DNA of 22,941 bases, taken from Octopus sinensis (lineage: Eukaryota). Below are positions 11,628-20,359 of the stretch, piece after piece. Numbering within the stretch: position 1 is the first letter of the stretch; the number at the start of each line of letters is the position of its first letter. The DNA lies in the NCBI RefSeq assembly GCF_006345805.1, contig NW_021836677.1:1-22941 (forward strand), given 5' to 3'. The position numbers and the translations under genes were made by a program. The notes under the pieces were generated by a model, which searched no databases, was not told where the DNA came from, and saw nothing but the letters and a program-made list of their open reading frames with translations.

Positions 11628-11937
11628 AATATTACAAGTTTATTTACATTTGAAGTCAGTGAAATACATGACATTTTACATTGTAAACACAAACGAAGGA
11701 GATTGTTTAAACTCGATGTTATTCAGAAGAGGTTAAGTGGAGGTGTTCCTCCTTCAACTAGTTTGCTAAAACTAAAACCAAATATTTCAGTGAATGGCGA
11801 CATTCCCAATGTTCCTTTTGCCTAAATTGCATTCTCGGTCTTCGATTCTCGATGTTCTATTCCATTCTCAACGTTCCTTTTGTCTAAATTTCAGACAATA
11901 ATTAGCTCAACGCATATAAGAGTGGACGATTATCAGA

Positions 11938-12023
<86 letters not shown>

Positions 12024-12066
12024 GGACTGACGGACGGACGGATGGATCGAGCGAGCGAGCGAGCGA
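11938..12066. repeat. (GATA)n grading into (GGAC)/(GGAT) and (GAGC)n
   Basis: Direct reading. Confidence 0.9.
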
Positions 12067-12195
12067 AACCGGGGAGTGAGTTTACAGGCAAGTGGGTAGA
12101 TAAACAGTTAGGAAGCGCATTGACAGACGCACGGATATTTTTTTTTTTTTAGAAAGAAAGAGGGTGAGCAGACGGTGTTCGGTTACTTGGAATTA

Positions 12196-12356
12196 TACCT
12201 TTTATCTTCGCAGCCATTAAAATGAAGCCATGCTGGGGCACCATCCCGGAGAATTTTTAGCACTCTTTTTTTTAGCCAAACCACTAAGTTACGGGGATGT
12301 AAACACAACACCAGTTGTCAAGCGGTAAGCGGCACAAACATAGACACACACACACG

Positions 12357-12360
<4 letters not shown>
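12196..12360 (-). mobile_element. SINE family A-like 3' fragment with internal deletion
   Basis: GCCATGCTGGGGCACC...CTAAGTTACGGGGATGTAAACAC...GTTGTCAAGCG. Confidence 0.7.
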
Positions 12361-12388
<28 letters not shown>

Positions 12389-12395
12389 ATGCCAT

Positions 12396-12584
12396 GATAG
12401 ATCGTTAGCCACTACACACATTTTTTCTCTCTTTGTTTCTCTCCTTGTTTTTTCTGTGTCCCTTGCTGTAGAAGAGCGTAGGCTCGAAACGTAAAATATT
12501 TTTTCTATTCCTGAGCTTTATACTAATACATCTGTTTGTTTTGTACACCACCTGTCTTCATCTTTTGTGTTTTTCCTAAACTCT

Positions 12585-12588
<4 letters not shown>
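12396..12588 (+). mobile_element. Repeat family G copy 1 (possible Penelope-like-derived element)
   Basis: Collinear with 15235-15404 and 14365-14520; core GAAGAGCGTAGGCTCGAAACGT; ends in (TA)n. Confidence 0.75.
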
Positions 12589-12629
<41 letters not shown>

Positions 12630-12764
12630 TAAAAAATGGAGTTAACGCAGGTGTAATCAAATATTTTTACTTTCGATACATGTTTCGAAAATTCCACTGA
12701 TACTATTCAAAAGAATAAATGGTATAAACAATGCAATCTTCTCGGTTTACGATATGGGAGGTAA

Positions 12765-12842
12765 GAGTTTTGGTCAGCCCGAGATTATAGTGGAAGTCAC
12801 TTACCGGAGGTGCCATGCGGTGAAGCAGAACCCGAAACCGTT
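12765..12842 (-). mobile_element. SINE family A head fragment
   Basis: TTTGGTCAGCCCGAG..TATAG.GGAAG.CACTT...GGTGCCA.GCG...GAACCCG. Confidence 0.55.
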
Positions 12843-13145
12843 TTTTGTGTTAATTTTTAAAATTTTGATTAATATTTTTATTTAATCCCTCTCGTTATAC
12901 ATCTGTGAACAATATCCTTCAATCGTTGATCTCAATGGCATTAAATGGATTTTATTTACAAACAGCTGTATCTGGTCTTAACATTTGTTTCGCACACATA
13001 GCTTGTGCAATTTATGATTGATCTGGAAACGTCTCCCTCTTAGAGAAAGCAAATGATTTTTTTTTTCAAATATTGTGTTACACCAATATTGGATAGATTA
13101 TTGGTAACATAGAGCATTTCTTTTCCTCTTTCCCTTGTATTTTAG

Positions 13146-13168
13146 GGCGATTTCTCATAGATGAATTG
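13146..13168 (+). CDS. Candidate 23-nt coding microexon (xRFLIDEL), product unknown
   Basis: Long pyrimidine tract ending TTTAG (13145) and donor-like TTG|GTGAAT; one open frame, ending in phase 0. Confidence 0.3.
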
Positions 13169-13577
13169 GTGAATTTACACACGTTATATTGAAAAATATC
13201 AGCTGTAGTCAGCAAGCGCAGAAAGAACAGAAGGCTATCATATAATATGCCATCATTCTGAAGTTCATTAAATCCATTTCAGTCATATTTCTTTTCTAAT
13301 ATTCACGTTATATTTCTAAAGTATGTTTTTCCAAAACTATCGCGCAGATTTTCACGCAAACACAGATTACTCAACATCATAATTCATTGCTATGTAGACT
13401 GATAGCCGATACAGAATGGCGAGCTTACTGGGAATAGCCGTATGATTCTTTGAATCTTTATATTATGCAACGAGGTAGGATCGTTTTATCAGTCTTACGA
13501 ATGTGTGTATGTATGTATGTATGTATGTACGTATGTATGTATGGATGGATGTATGTATGTATGTATGTATACATGTA

Positions 13578-13992
13578 TACTCTTTTTTTTACTCTTTTAC
13601 TTGTTTCAGTCATTTGACTGCGACCATGCTGGAGCACCGCCTTTAGTCGAGCAAATCGACCCCGGGACTTATTCTTTGTAAGCCCAGTACTTATTCTATC
13701 GGTCTTTTTTGCCGAACCGCTAAGTGACGAGGACGTAAACACACCAGCATCGGTTGTCAAGCAATGCTAGGGGGACAAACACAGACACACAAACACATAC
13801 ACACACACATATATATATATACATATATACGACAGGCTTCTTTCAGTTTCCGTTTACCAAATCCACTCACAAGGCATTGCTCAGCCCGGGGCTATAGCAG
13901 AAGACACTTGCCCAAGATGCCACGCAGTGGGACTGAACCCGGAACCATGTGGCTGGTTAGCATGCTACTTACCACACAGCCATTCCTGTGCC
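13578..13992 (-). mobile_element. SINE family A, full length (A12)
   Basis: Tail, GTCGAGCAAATCGAC hairpin, short microsatellite, head ending CATTCCTGTGCC. Confidence 0.92.
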
Positions 13993-14032
13993 TTCATATA
14001 TATACGTGTATGTATACACGTATATATATATG

Positions 14033-14340
14033 AAGGCGCATGCTCAGTGGTTAGAGCATCGGGATCACAATGATGAGGTAGTGAGTTCGATTCTCAATCA
14101 GGCTGTGTGTTGTCTTCCAGAACAAGACTCTTTATTTCACGTTATACTAGTTCATTCAGTTATAGAAATGAGTTATGACGTCACTGATGCCAAGCTGTAT
14201 CGGATTTTGCCTTTCCCATCGATAACATCGGTAGCGTGGAGAGAAGAGGCTGGCATACATGGATGAGTTCTGGTCTTCCATAAACAATCTTGCCTGAACT
14301 TGTACTACGGAGGGGAACATTCTTAGGTGCAGCCATGCTG
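14033..14340 (+). mobile_element. tRNA-derived SINE family F
   Basis: GGCGCATGCTCAGTGGTTAGAGC A-box, GAGTTCGATTC B-box, followed by a CORE-like GTTGTCTTCCAGAACAAGACTCTTTATTTCAC segment; 3' limit approximate. Confidence 0.65.
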
Positions 14341-14364
14341 GACCGCTCAAATTGACATTTTTTT

Positions 14365-14520
14365 TTTATTCTGTCTGTTTATTTCCTTTATATCTTTCTG
14401 CTGAAGAGCGCAGGCTCGAAACGTAAAAGACTTTTTCATTTTTCCCGAGCGTCAAATTAATACACTGGCGTGTTGTTCATACACCTGTCTTTGTCTTTTG
14501 TTTTTCTATAAATTTCAATT
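14365..14520 (+). mobile_element. Repeat family G copy 2
   Basis: CTGAAGAGCGCAGGCTCGAAACGTAAAAGAC core and downstream homology to G1 and G3. Confidence 0.7.
14393..14430 (+). ncRNA. Hammerhead-ribozyme-like motif (type I, minimal stem III), variant core
   Basis: Stem I UCUUU/AAAGA, core CUGCUGAA (contains CUGAAGA in a shifted register), stem II GAGC-GCAG-GCUC, GAAA, palindromic ACGU, putative GUA cleavage triplet. Activity untested. Confidence 0.5.
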
Positions 14521-14896
14521 ATATATGTGTGTATGTATGTATGTATACATGTATATCTCTCTCTATATATATATATATATGTGTGTGTGTGTGGGTGGGT
14601 GTGTGTATGTATATATGTAAATGTATACATAAAAATATATATGTATATATGTGTGTGTGTGTACGTGTGTATATATATATGCATATGAAATTTAATACGA
14701 GTTTGAACCAGCTGTTCCTTAAGTTTATGGGGGAGGGCAACCTGTAACGTATCGCGTTCGGCATCAAGAGAAGATGGTTAATGAGATAAGATTGTTCCAT
14801 CAGCCTCACGAAACTTTAAGTTTTACTTGAAGCTGAGTCAAACCGTTATCAAAAACTATATATATACATACATGTATGTATGTATGTATATATATA

Positions 14897-15200
14897 TCAC
14901 GTGATCACGTGACCGACCAGACCATCAGATGTTGTTACACATCGCTGGTCACAATGCGTTCGCATTGTTTTAGCCTTCGAATGACGCCACCGCGCTGGCT
15001 AAGCGAGCAGGCCAACAAAAGAAAGAGTGGGAGAAAGAGTGGTGAAAGAGTACAGCAGGGATCACCACCCCCTGCCGGAGCGTCATGGAGCTTTTAGGTG
15101 TTTTCGCTCAATAAACACTCACAATGACCGGTATGGGAATCGAAACCGCGATCCTGCGACCGCGTGTCCGCTGCCCTAACCACTGGGCCATTGCGCCTCC
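14897..15200 (-). mobile_element. SINE family C, tail variant 1 (C1)
   Basis: On the - strand: GGAGGCGCAATGGCCCAGTGGTTAGGGC A-box and GGTTTCGATTCC B-box; shared body; 3' end with ACAATGCG-TT-CGCATTGT hairpin. Confidence 0.85.
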
Positions 15201-15203
15201 ATA

Positions 15204-15234
<31 letters not shown>

Positions 15235-15404
15235 GATACATCGTTGGCCACTACACACATTTTTTCTCTCCTGTTTTTTTCTGTGTTCCTTTCTGTAGAA
15301 GAGCGTAGGCTCGAAACGTTAAAGACTTTTTCTATTCCTGAGCGTTATACTAATACATCTGTTTGTTTTGTACACCACCTGTCTTCGTCTTTTGTTTTCT
15401 CCCT
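15235..15404 (+). mobile_element. Repeat family G copy 3
   Basis: High similarity to G1; motif CTTT-CTGTAGAA-GAGCGTAGGCTC-GAAACGTT-AAAG at 15289-15324. Confidence 0.75.
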
Positions 15405-15895
15405 ATGTATATATATATATATAAGAGGATTTAAATCAAAAAGCAATTTCGTTAAAGCGAAGAAGAAAAATAAAAAAAGGACTCCAGCTGGAATTGTTCG
15501 GGTGACACCAAGGCGAAAGGAGGAATAAACTGAAAGGTATAATGAATAAACGTTCCAATCGGTCAAAACAACTTTATAATATTCCCAAATTATCATAAAT
15601 CGAATATAAATATATATTGAAACATCAGAGCACCCAATGGTAAAACCCGACAGTATAAAATATTCACATGTACAGGAATAAAAGGTGATAAAATCTAATA
15701 CATACATACATATATGTGTGTGTGTGTGTGTGTTGTGTGTGTGCGTGTGTGTATGCATGTATGTATGTACCTATATGTATATATAGATATATACATATAT
15801 AAGTATATATATGTACATATATATATTACACATCGTTGTTATTATGTTAAACTATCGTATGTCCAAATTTGACCAAATGCGTTTATTTATTTATA

Positions 15896-15972
15896 TGGCG
15901 GTGCCCCAGCATGGCCACAGCTCGTGAGCTGAAACTAGATAAAATAAAAATAAAAATAAAAAATAAATAAAA
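15896..15972 (+). mobile_element. Isolated SINE 3' end with (AAAAT)n tail
   Basis: GGCGGTGCCCCAGCATGGCCACAG module shared with family A, followed by a different terminus. Confidence 0.6.
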
Positions 15973-16338
15973 ATTTATTTATTTATTTATTTATTCAATA
16001 TTTACTTTTGCTTGCAATAGCCGGTTCTTTTGGTCAAACTATCGTATCTCCAGCTGCTTTAGATGCCAAGTTATCAAAAATTGTCAAAGTGTAGTACAGC
16101 GGTTCTGCTATGGAATGGTGAAACTATTTTCTCGTTTTTTGAAAAGAACAACGTTTTGGACTTACGACACTTCTGCATAATAGCAACGATATATGGTGGC
16201 TGTCCCCTTGTTATCGAGTATGGCTATTGCACGAAGCTTAATCAATGTTGTTATCGTGCAATGCCTGTGCAAGAAGATTTTTTTCAAAGTGAGGAAAGGC
16301 TGTGCACTGAGTCAATCCCACTCGCTAAGCAACAGCAG

Positions 16339-16699
16339 TCATCATCATCGGTAACCACTGAGCCGCAGGTTTTATGTCGGAGTTATCCCAGTTACCTGAG
16401 TTATCTTCTCCTAGAAGGATGCCCTAACAAAGGCTAGGAGTCCTTCACTCCCAATGGTTTAACCTCGCGATCGGGTATTCAGTCCGATTATTTCTATGTC
16501 CCCATGCATGATACACCCTTAAGATATTTATTGGATGGCCGTTGACTCTCAAGAGTTCCTCCACTTTTTGACAGGTTTTGTTTTTCATCCCGCAGGGTGT
16601 CCAATAAACACCCTCCTCACCAAGCAATCTTGGTGGGGTTGCCAGTTTAGTCGCCGACAACAAGACCATGCAACAGGTTGTATTAGGTTATATGTTACC
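16339..16699 (-). mobile_element. Non-coding RTE-like retroelement derivative with (GAT)n tail
   Basis: The - strand reads ...ACTAAACTGGCAACCCC...TAGGGCATCCTTCTAGGAGAAG.TAACTC... ending GATGATGATGA; resemblance to RTE-clade UTRs is from recall, not a database match. Confidence 0.4.
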
Positions 16700-16729
16700 A
16701 GTAGCACTCGAAAGTGACCTGACGTAACA

Positions 16730-16900
16730 TAACATACATACATACATACATACATACATACATACATACATACATACACACACACATACACTCATACACA
16801 CACAACCATACATACATACATACATACATACATACATACATACATACATCATACATACATACATACATACATACGTACATACATACATACATACGTGTAT
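16730..16900. repeat. (TACA)n microsatellite
   Basis: Direct reading. Confidence 0.95.
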
Positions 16901-16914
16901 ATAGATATATATTT

Positions 16915-17087
16915 TTCACCTTTTTCAGAGATGGGAATAGGGCCATGCTGGATAACAACCTTGAAGGTTTCAGAGGACCACAGCACTTACTTTTCAAAGT
17001 CCGACATTTATTGTATCGGTCCGCCTATTCCAAATTGGCTGTCACGAGATGGAGGGGTGACAAACACAAACAAAAAGACACACACCC

Positions 17088-17090
<3 letters not shown>
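16915..17090 (-). mobile_element. Degenerate SINE A-like 3' half
   Basis: GGCCATGCTGG...CCTTGAAGG...TATCGGTC...GACAAACACAAAC motifs. Confidence 0.5.
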
Positions 17091-17126
<36 letters not shown>

Positions 17127-17154
17127 GTTTATTTACACACATATATGTATGTAT

Positions 17155-17471
17155 TTTGTTATTTGTTTCAGTCATTTGACTACGGCCATTATGGAGCACC
17201 GCCCTTAATCGAACAAATCGACACCAGGACTTATTCTTCGTAAACCTAGTATTTATTCTATCGGTTTATCTTTTGCCGAACCACTAAGTTACGGGGATGT
17301 AAACACACCAACATCGGTTGTCAAGCGATGGTGGGGGGACAAACACAGACACACACACGTATATATATGTGTGTGTGTGCGTGTGTATGTATATATATAT
17401 ATACACATATATATATGTATTTATATATTAATATATATTTATGCATATGTATGTATGTGTGTGTGTGTGTA

Positions 17472-17502
<31 letters not shown>

Positions 17503-17625
17503 TGTGTGTGTGTGTGTGTGATAGGTTTCGACTCGATGAATATCAGATTTTCTTGCAAGCGTAAGTTTAGCCGGGGGCTACAGGAAAAGACACTTGCTCA
17601 AAATACCACACAGTGGTACAAGCTC
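17155..17625 (-). mobile_element. SINE family A (A14): conserved 3' half, very diverged 5' half
   Basis: 17155-17360 closely matches the A 3' half; 17521-17625 matches the head only weakly (GGGCTACAG.AAAAGACACTTGCTCAA). Confidence 0.75.
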
Positions 17626-17735
17626 GTCTGCCTCTTTATTGAGGTTTTTATATATACATAAATATATACATATACATATACATATATATACATTTATATA
17701 TATATAATATATATTATATATATATATAATATATA

Positions 17736-18115
17736 GTGGCGTTCCTTCGGTTACGACGACGATGGTTCCAGTTAATCCGATAAACGGAACAGACTGCTCG
17801 TGAAATTAACGTGCAAGTGGATGAGAACTCCACAGACATATCTACCACTAGCGTAGTTCTCGGGGAGATTCACCATGACACAGAGTGTGACAAGGCCGGC
17901 CCTTTGAAATACAGGTACAACAGAAACACGACGAAAAAGTGAGAGAAAGTTGTGGTGAAAGCGTACAGCAGGGTCTCCACCATGCCCTTGCCGGAGCCTT
18001 GTGGAGCTTTAAGTGTTTTTGCTCAATAAACACTCACAACGCCCGGTCTGGGAATCGAAACCGCGATCCTACGACCTCGACTCTGCTGCCCGAAACACTG
18101 GGCCATTGCACCTCC
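17736..18115 (-). mobile_element. SINE family C, tail variant 2 (C2)
   Basis: Head and body homologous to C1 (TTTAAGTGTTTTTGCTCAATAAACACTCACAA...GGGAATCGAAACCGCGATCCT); ~17736-17935 is unrelated to the C1 and C3 tails. Confidence 0.85.
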
Positions 18116-18136
18116 ATACACCCCCACACACATATA

Positions 18137-18172
<36 letters not shown>

Positions 18173-18341
18173 TGTATGTATGTATGTATGTATGTATGTA
18201 TGTATGTATAAAGATTATAATTTACTTATTAAATATACGTGCGTATTATCTCATAGTTTATATAGTTATAAACGCCTAAATGTGTGTTGTTTTATACACA
18301 TACACGCACACACGTGTATGTCTGCGTCCACGTATGTATGT

Positions 18342-18705
18342 ATCTTTTAGTTTTTACTTGTTTCAGTCATTACAATACGGCCATGCTGGAGCACCGCCTT
18401 GAGGAATTGAAGTACAAATCGACCCCAATGCTTTTTTATTAAACTTGTCGAATTTACAGGAACATAAACACACCGACACCGGTCGTCAAGTGGTGAAGAG
18501 GACAAACACAGATGCAAAGACACACACATACTCATAGGTACAATATATCTACGTCAGGCTTCTTTTCAGTTTCCCTCTACCTAATCCATTCACGAATTCG
18601 GTCGACCCGAGGCTATAGCGGAAGAGACCTGGCGAAGGTTCTACGGGGTGGAACTGAGCCCGGAGCTGTATGACTGGGACGCGAACTTCTGACCACATAG
18701 CCACA
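18342..18705 (-). mobile_element. Diverged SINE family A (A15)
   Basis: Tail, GGCCATGCTGGAGCACCGCC, GGCTTCTTTTCAGTTTCC and degenerate head in order. Confidence 0.8.
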
Positions 18706-18740
18706 TGTTTGTTTAGGGTTAGGGTTGGGGTTATGTCATT

Positions 18741-19052
18741 AAGGCAGCGAGCTAACAGAATTGTTAGCACGAAGGGCAAAATGCGTAGCGACATTTCGTC
18801 CGTCTTCACGGACTGACTTAAAATTCCGCAGAGGTCAACTTTGCCTTTCAACCTTTTGGGGTCGATAAATTAAGTATCAGTCAATTTATCCGAAATGGTT
18901 GTCCTTGTGCCAAAATTTGAAATCTTTTTTTTTTTTTACATTTAATTTGTAGGCAGTGAGTTGGCAGAATTGTTAGAACGCCGGAAAAAAGCTTACTAGC
19001 ATTTGATCGGTCTTTACCTTGAAACCTTTCGGGTCGATAAATTAAGTATTAG
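18741..19052 (+). mobile_element. Two SINE family B copies (18741-18924; internally deleted 18950-19052)
   Basis: AAGGCAGCGAGCTAACAGAATTGTTAG heads and GGGTCGATAAATTAAGTA cores. Confidence 0.75.
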
Positions 19053-19156
19053 GTGTGCACTTGAGTAAAACAATCTTTACTTAAGGGTTCCCTCCGGAGA
19101 ATAGACTCAAATTTAATGTAAAATTCATGATTATACTGAGGTAACATTTTTCGCCT

Positions 19157-19455
19157 TTATTTATTTATGCGCCCTTTTCAAGACTAGCCAGACTCATGGG
19201 CCCGGTTTCCCGGTTTCTGTGGCGTATGTGTTCTCCCCAGCTGGACGGGACGCCAGTCCATCGCAGCGTTACTCAAGTAACAGGAAGAGGGGATGAGAGA
19301 AAGTTGGGGCGAAAGAGTACAACAGGGGTCGCCACCTCGCCCTGACGGAGCCACGTGCAGATTTAGGTGTTTTCGCTCAATAAACACACACAACACCGAG
19401 TCTGGGAATCGAAACTGCGAGTCCGCTGCCCTAACCACTGGGCCATTGCGCCTCC
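19157..19455 (-). mobile_element. SINE family C, tail variant 3 (C3), with 14-bp TSD
   Basis: TSD AACATTTTTCGCCT at 19143-19156 and 19456-19469; (TAAA)n tail; 14-nt deletion in the head relative to C1. Confidence 0.9.
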
Positions 19456-19471
19456 AACATTTTTCGCCTAG

Positions 19472-19498
19472 GAAAAAGATAAAAACTTTTCTCTACAG
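19472..19498 (+). CDS. Candidate 27-nt coding microexon (EKDKNFSLQ), product unknown
   Basis: TTTTTCGCCTAG acceptor, CAG|GTGAGC donor, 9 open codons in phase 0. Confidence 0.45.
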
Positions 19499-19840
19499 GT
19501 GAGCATTGATATTTGAAAATATATCATACTTAGATCGATTTACTGCGCCAAAATATATGCACACATATAGATATATGTATGTATGTTTTCCTTGTCAAGT
19601 GAGCTCCCGGGATTTGTAAATATTTCGATGAGTTAATGGTGTGCATATACGTAGGTGTGTGTACCCTCTGTGGACATGCCACTTTCGTAGTTTGTGCAAG
19701 TGCGTGTGCGCGAACGTCATTGCTTTTTACATGCGTGTACTTGTAACCGACTACAGCTATGTGTGCGAATATGTTCGATTACAGAATCTCACACGGAAAG
19801 TCTTTGGGATGTCTTAAAACTTTCATTTTGTTGCTAATAG

Positions 19841-19894
19841 ATTGGATTTGAAGGCCGAGTGGCAGGTTCTTTTACTCCATCACAGGAAATCCAG
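19841..19894 (+). CDS. Candidate 54-nt coding exon (IGFEGRVAGSFTPSQEIQ), product unknown
   Basis: TTTCATTTTGTTGCTAATAG acceptor, CAG|GTATTT donor, 18 open codons in phase 0; lies in non-repetitive sequence after a 342-nt GT-AG candidate intron. Confidence 0.45.
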
Positions 19895-19990
19895 GTATTT
19901 CTCGGTTTTTGTGAAGATCATGTATGTGCGTATGTATGTTCATAGTATGAATGTATGTTTGTATATACGTACGTATGTATATAAAAAGGA

Positions 19991-20273
19991 ATACAAAAAT
20001 TGGGACAAGAACACAGAACATCCAGGCAGATGATACAAAAAGGGGACAAGAAAAAATAAGGATGGGTCATTCGGAGTTTTCTTTCGTCATTCGAGTTCCA
20101 GATTATCTTTGCAATTTTGACTGGTTATACTTGAGATAGCTCCAATTTGTACACATGTATGTATTATGTGTGTGTATGTATGCGTCCATGCATGCATGTA
20201 TGTATGTGTATATGTATGTATGTATACATGCATGTATGTATGTATGTATGCGTGAATGCATCTATGTATTATG
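19991..20273 (+). repeat. Left arm of long inverted repeat (repeat D fragment plus microsatellite flank)
   Basis: 20017-20152 matches the reverse complement of 20814-20949 at 130 of 136 positions. Confidence 0.9.
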
Positions 20274-20359
20274 TATGCATGCATGTATGTGCGTATGTAT
20301 GTATGTATGTATGTATGATGTATGTATGTATGTATGTATGTATGTATGTGTAATATGTC

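Noticed and set aside
11556-11825. 89-aa ORF
   Set aside because: It starts inside a SINE tail, crosses the TSD and resembles no protein I recognise.
12671-12690. 20-bp near-palindrome containing CGAAACATGT on the - strand
   Set aside because: It resembles a Penelope-type hammerhead stem III, but no CUGANGA core or stem I lies upstream.
15849-16052. AAACTATCGTAT direct repeat (15849 and 16036) as a TSD
   Set aside because: The enclosed sequence is not a single coherent element, so the assignment is unsupported.
16021-16437. Acceptor-like site at 16020 and the 124-aa ORF 16063-16437
   Set aside because: No good donor in a phase compatible with the other exon candidates, and the ORF runs into the RTE-like repeat.
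18713-18730. Interstitial telomeric repeat (TTAGGG x2 plus TTGGGG)
   Set aside because: Too short to distinguish from chance or a small repeat remnant.
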